Positions 49,722-51,809 of a DNA stretch of 51,809 nucleotides are shown one piece after another. Made by a program: the position numbers and the translations under genes. The notes under the pieces are model-generated. The model was not told the origin of the DNA. It made no database searches and saw nothing but the letters and a program-made list of their open reading frames with translations. Position 1 is the first letter of the stretch; each line of letters starts with the position of its first letter. The stretch spans positions 1 through 51,809 of the forward strand of contig CAYXZK010000021.1 of NCBI GenBank assembly GCA_964469955.1, in the 5' to 3' direction. The stretch comes from an uncultured Candidatus Saccharibacteria bacterium. GTDB lineage: Bacteria; Patescibacteriota; Minisyncoccia; Minisyncoccales; GWA2-38-27.

Positions 49722-50120
49722 CTATTTAATCTTTTTAATTACTTTCACTGGTATGCCGAAAGCCACAACATTCGCAGGAACATTTCTATTTACGAAACTG
49801 AAAGCCCCTATAATAGAATTTTCTCCAATTATTACTCCGGGCATAATCACGCTTTGAGCTCCTACTTTACAGTTCTTTTTTAATATTACCTGTCCTTCTT
49901 TTCCATCAATCGTTGATACGGAATAAATAGAACAATGCGATCCTATTTGAACATTGTTTTCAATAGTTATCCCGTTCTTGGCGTTAATATACGTAAAAGC
50001 GCCTATATCGGTTTTTTTGCCCAACTTAAGGCCTTTTTTATTTTGGACAAACCAATTATATTTGGTTAGCTTCCCTTCTTCAATTTTTGGGTATTCCCAA
50101 TTTTCAAATCTATTCTTCAT
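49722..50120 (-). CDS. Hexapeptide-repeat (left-handed beta-helix) acetyltransferase, short PglD/WbbJ-like
   Basis: 132 aa with repeated [LIV]-G-x4 hexapeptides (IGSHCSIYS, VGAQSVIMPGVIIGENSIIGAFSFV). Confidence 0.75.
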   Translation of the reverse strand: MKNRFENWEYPKIEEGKLTKYNWFVQNKKGLKLGKKTDIGAFTYINAKNGITIENNVQIGSHCSIYSVSTIDGKEGQVILKKNCKVGAQSVIMPGVIIGENSIIGAFSFVNRNVPANVVAFGIPVKVIKKIK

Positions 50121-50154
50121 AATATATTAGTAATAAATGATAAGTGATTAATGG

Positions 50155-50757
50155 TTAAAACGGATCATTGATTCCCTTTTCTCCGTAAACTCCTTTACCA
50201 GACAATACAACAAAAGGAGTAATAAACAAAATCTTAATATCTAACCAGAAAGACCAATTCTCAATATACCAAACATCGTATTTGATTCTTTCTTCCCAAG
50301 ACAAGAGATTACGTCCTTTAATTAAAACCAAATTAGTAATACCTGGTCTTACTGATAATCTTTTCCTTTGAAAATCATTATATTTTTCAACTTGATAGCT
50401 AAATGTTGGCCGAGGACCAACTAAGCTCATTTCTCCTTTAATCACATTAATTAATTGTGGCAATTCATCTATACCTGATCGCCTTAAAAATTTACCCATT
50501 TTAGTAATCCTGAAATCATCCTTTGAAACAGTATAACCTAAACCAGTCTCAATTGCTTTTCTTTTCATTGTTCTGAATTTAAAAGGTTTAAAAGATTTTC
50601 CACCTTTGCCAACTCTTTCAAATCTAAAAAAAACCGGACCAGAAGAATCGATTTTAATAAAAACGGCAACGACAAAGAATAGAGGCAAAAGCAAAATTAA
50701 ACTAATTACTGATACAAAAAAATCAAAAATTCTTTTAAAAATTAATTGATATTTCAT
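50155..50757 (-). CDS. Small monotopic phosphoglycosyl transferase (PglC/WbaP C-terminal type, bacterial sugar transferase)
   Basis: KRIFDFFVS...IKIDSSGPVFFRFERVGKGGKSFKPFKFRTM and DELPQLINVIKGEMSLVGPRP. Confidence 0.9.
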   Translation of the reverse strand: MKYQLIFKRIFDFFVSVISLILLLPLFFVVAVFIKIDSSGPVFFRFERVGKGGKSFKPFKFRTMKRKAIETGLGYTVSKDDFRITKMGKFLRRSGIDELPQLINVIKGEMSLVGPRPTFSYQVEKYNDFQRKRLSVRPGITNLVLIKGRNLLSWEERIKYDVWYIENWSFWLDIKILFITPFVVLSGKGVYGEKGINDPF

Positions 50758-51809
50758 TTCAATTTTTCTTTTACCAATCTCTCGTATTCTACCTTCATCC
50801 TACTAAAAATTATATTTTCGTCAAATTCTTTTAAGACTTTTTCTCTTCCCTGCTTACCCATCTCTCGCGCAATTTCTGGATTTTCAAGTAGATAAATTAT
50901 GGCTTGGGCTAGTTTCTCTGGATCTTTAACGGGAACCAAAATCCCTGTTTTATTATTGTCTACCGCTTCCCTGCAACCCCTAATATCTGTTGCTACAATA
51001 GGCCTTTCCATAGCAGACGCTTCAATAATAGAAATACCCAATCCTTCTCTATACGACGGGAGAACAAAAACATCCATCAAGGCATAAAGCTCATTTGTAT
51101 CTGTTCTTTCTCCTAAAAATATAACATTTTTTTCTATTCCGTAATCTTTAATAATATCGGGCTTAAATCTATCGTTTTTTTCGAGTTCTAATTGTCCGAT
51201 TATTAAAAGCATTGTGTTCGGAAAAACTTTTACAATTCTTTTAAACGCTTGGAATAAATCTAAATATCCTTTTTCTTTAACCAGTCTACCGACTATACCA
51301 ACAATTTTAAAATCTGGGTTTAATTTAAGCTTTATTCTTTTCTCGTAAATCCATTGATTGGGAAACCTTACTGGGTTAAATTTTTGAGTATCAATCCCTC
51401 CGCCAAAATATTTACTTATTTTGGAATCACAAATTTTTTCTTTAATGGCTGTTTCCATATCTTCCTTATTTACAAAAAAGATAAGATTAGAACATTTTGC
51501 AGCTATTTTTTCTATTAAAATATAAAATCTTCTTTTAAAAATAGAATCGTTTTTTTGAAAATAAAAACCATGTATTGTATTTATAATTATTGGAACACCA
51601 GCCATTCTTGCAGCCAATTGAGCAAGCAGACCAGGTTTTGGTGTATGCGTATGCACAATGTCAAATTTTTCTTTTCTAAAATAGAAATATAATTTAACAA
51701 TTGTCAATAAATCATAAAATGGACTAATTTTTCTTTTGAACTTAATGGTTTTAATTTTTATCCCTTGATTTTCTATCTCTTTCACAAATGCTCCCGGAGA
51801 ACAAACAAC
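50754..51809 (-). CDS. GT4-family (group 1) glycosyltransferase, 5' end beyond the window
   Basis: C-terminal EGLGISIIEASAMERPIVATDIRG (E-x7-E region). The frame stays open upstream of the track's GTG start to the window edge (VVCSPGAFVKEIE...). Confidence 0.8.
   Translation of the reverse strand, partial: VVCSPGAFVKEIENQGIKIKTIKFKRKISPFYDLLTIVKLYFYFRKEKFDIVHTHTPKPGLLAQLAARMAGVPIIINTIHGFYFQKNDSIFKRRFYILIEKIAAKCSNLIFFVNKEDMETAIKEKICDSKISKYFGGGIDTQKFNPVRFPNQWIYEKRIKLKLNPDFKIVGIVGRLVKEKGYLDLFQAFKRIVKVFPNTMLLIIGQLELEKNDRFKPDIIKDYGIEKNVIFLGERTDTNELYALMDVFVLPSYREGLGISIIEASAMERPIVATDIRGCREAVDNNKTGILVPVKDPEKLAQAIIYLLENPEIAREMGKQGREKVLKEFDENIIFSRMKVEYERLVKEKLK

Noticed and set aside
49294-49857. Long plus-strand ORFs antisense to minus-strand genes. 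Examples: 49294..49857, 13962..14360, 33905..34303, 37050..37454, 24445..24807 and 36620..36958.
   Set aside because: They lie entirely inside well-supported minus-strand genes. Their translations are low-complexity and Ser/Phe/Leu/Ile-rich, with no start signals. This is expected when an AT-rich coding strand leaves the antisense frame stop-poor.
1-51809. Possibility of an alternative genetic code (UGA recoding, as in some CPR lineages).
   Set aside because: Long uninterrupted ORFs with full-length family matches are obtained under the standard bacterial code. TGA is used as a genuine stop, verified for eno (8936-8938) and murB (43690-43692).

Overview
AT-rich (about 30% GC by eye), gene-dense 51.8-kb window. 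About 47 of 50 genes lie on the minus strand. Only the RNase P RNA gene and a 2-gene islet (26.7-27.3 kb) are on the plus strand. The gene content looks like a small-genome, fermentative, CPR/Patescibacteria-like bacterium; this is inferred from content, and no database search was possible.

Core content:
- Lower glycolysis and acetate fermentation: ppsA, ackA+pduL, gap, gpmA, eno, pgk.
- Redox: trxB, a glutaredoxin-like protein, and a thioredoxin-fold protein.
- Division and envelope: a very long ftsZ, murB, galU, and a type IV pilin fragment.
- Secretion: secD, secF, secA.
- Quality control: htpX, lemA, PPIase, hpf.
- DNA/RNA enzymes: a UvrD-like helicase fused to a Cas4/AddB-like nuclease, RNase HI, a DHH/RecJ-like protein, an HD hydrolase, an AlkD-like protein.
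- A 5-gene bacillosamine-type glycan module at the right edge.

Most notable non-standard signals:
1. A REP/RAYT-type system. An IS200-like HUH tyrosine transposase gene sits between secDF and secA. It is bracketed in inverted orientation by GC-rich arrays of a perfect 21-nt palindrome, GTTGGCCATGCGATGGCCAAC. The palindrome also recurs on both sides of the helicase gene about 20 kb away and inside the transposase coding sequence.
2. A soluble VirD4/TraD-like ATPase with a C-terminal zinc ribbon, paired with a 2-TM membrane protein and translationally coupled to pgk. No other T4SS genes are present.
3. A sharp split between core genes and small accessory ORFs. Core genes have no Shine-Dalgarno, and several appear leaderless behind extended -10 promoters. 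The small accessory ORF islets all carry strong GGAGG sites and their own promoters and terminators.
4. A tandem 33/34-aa repeat protein and a duplicated promoter-leader module.
5. An orphan promoter-to-terminator unit with a 15-codon poly-lysine mini-ORF upstream of hpf.
6. Recurrent ATTGAT/TCATTGA word repeats in intergenic leaders.

No CRISPR array, rRNA or tRNA gene could be supported.
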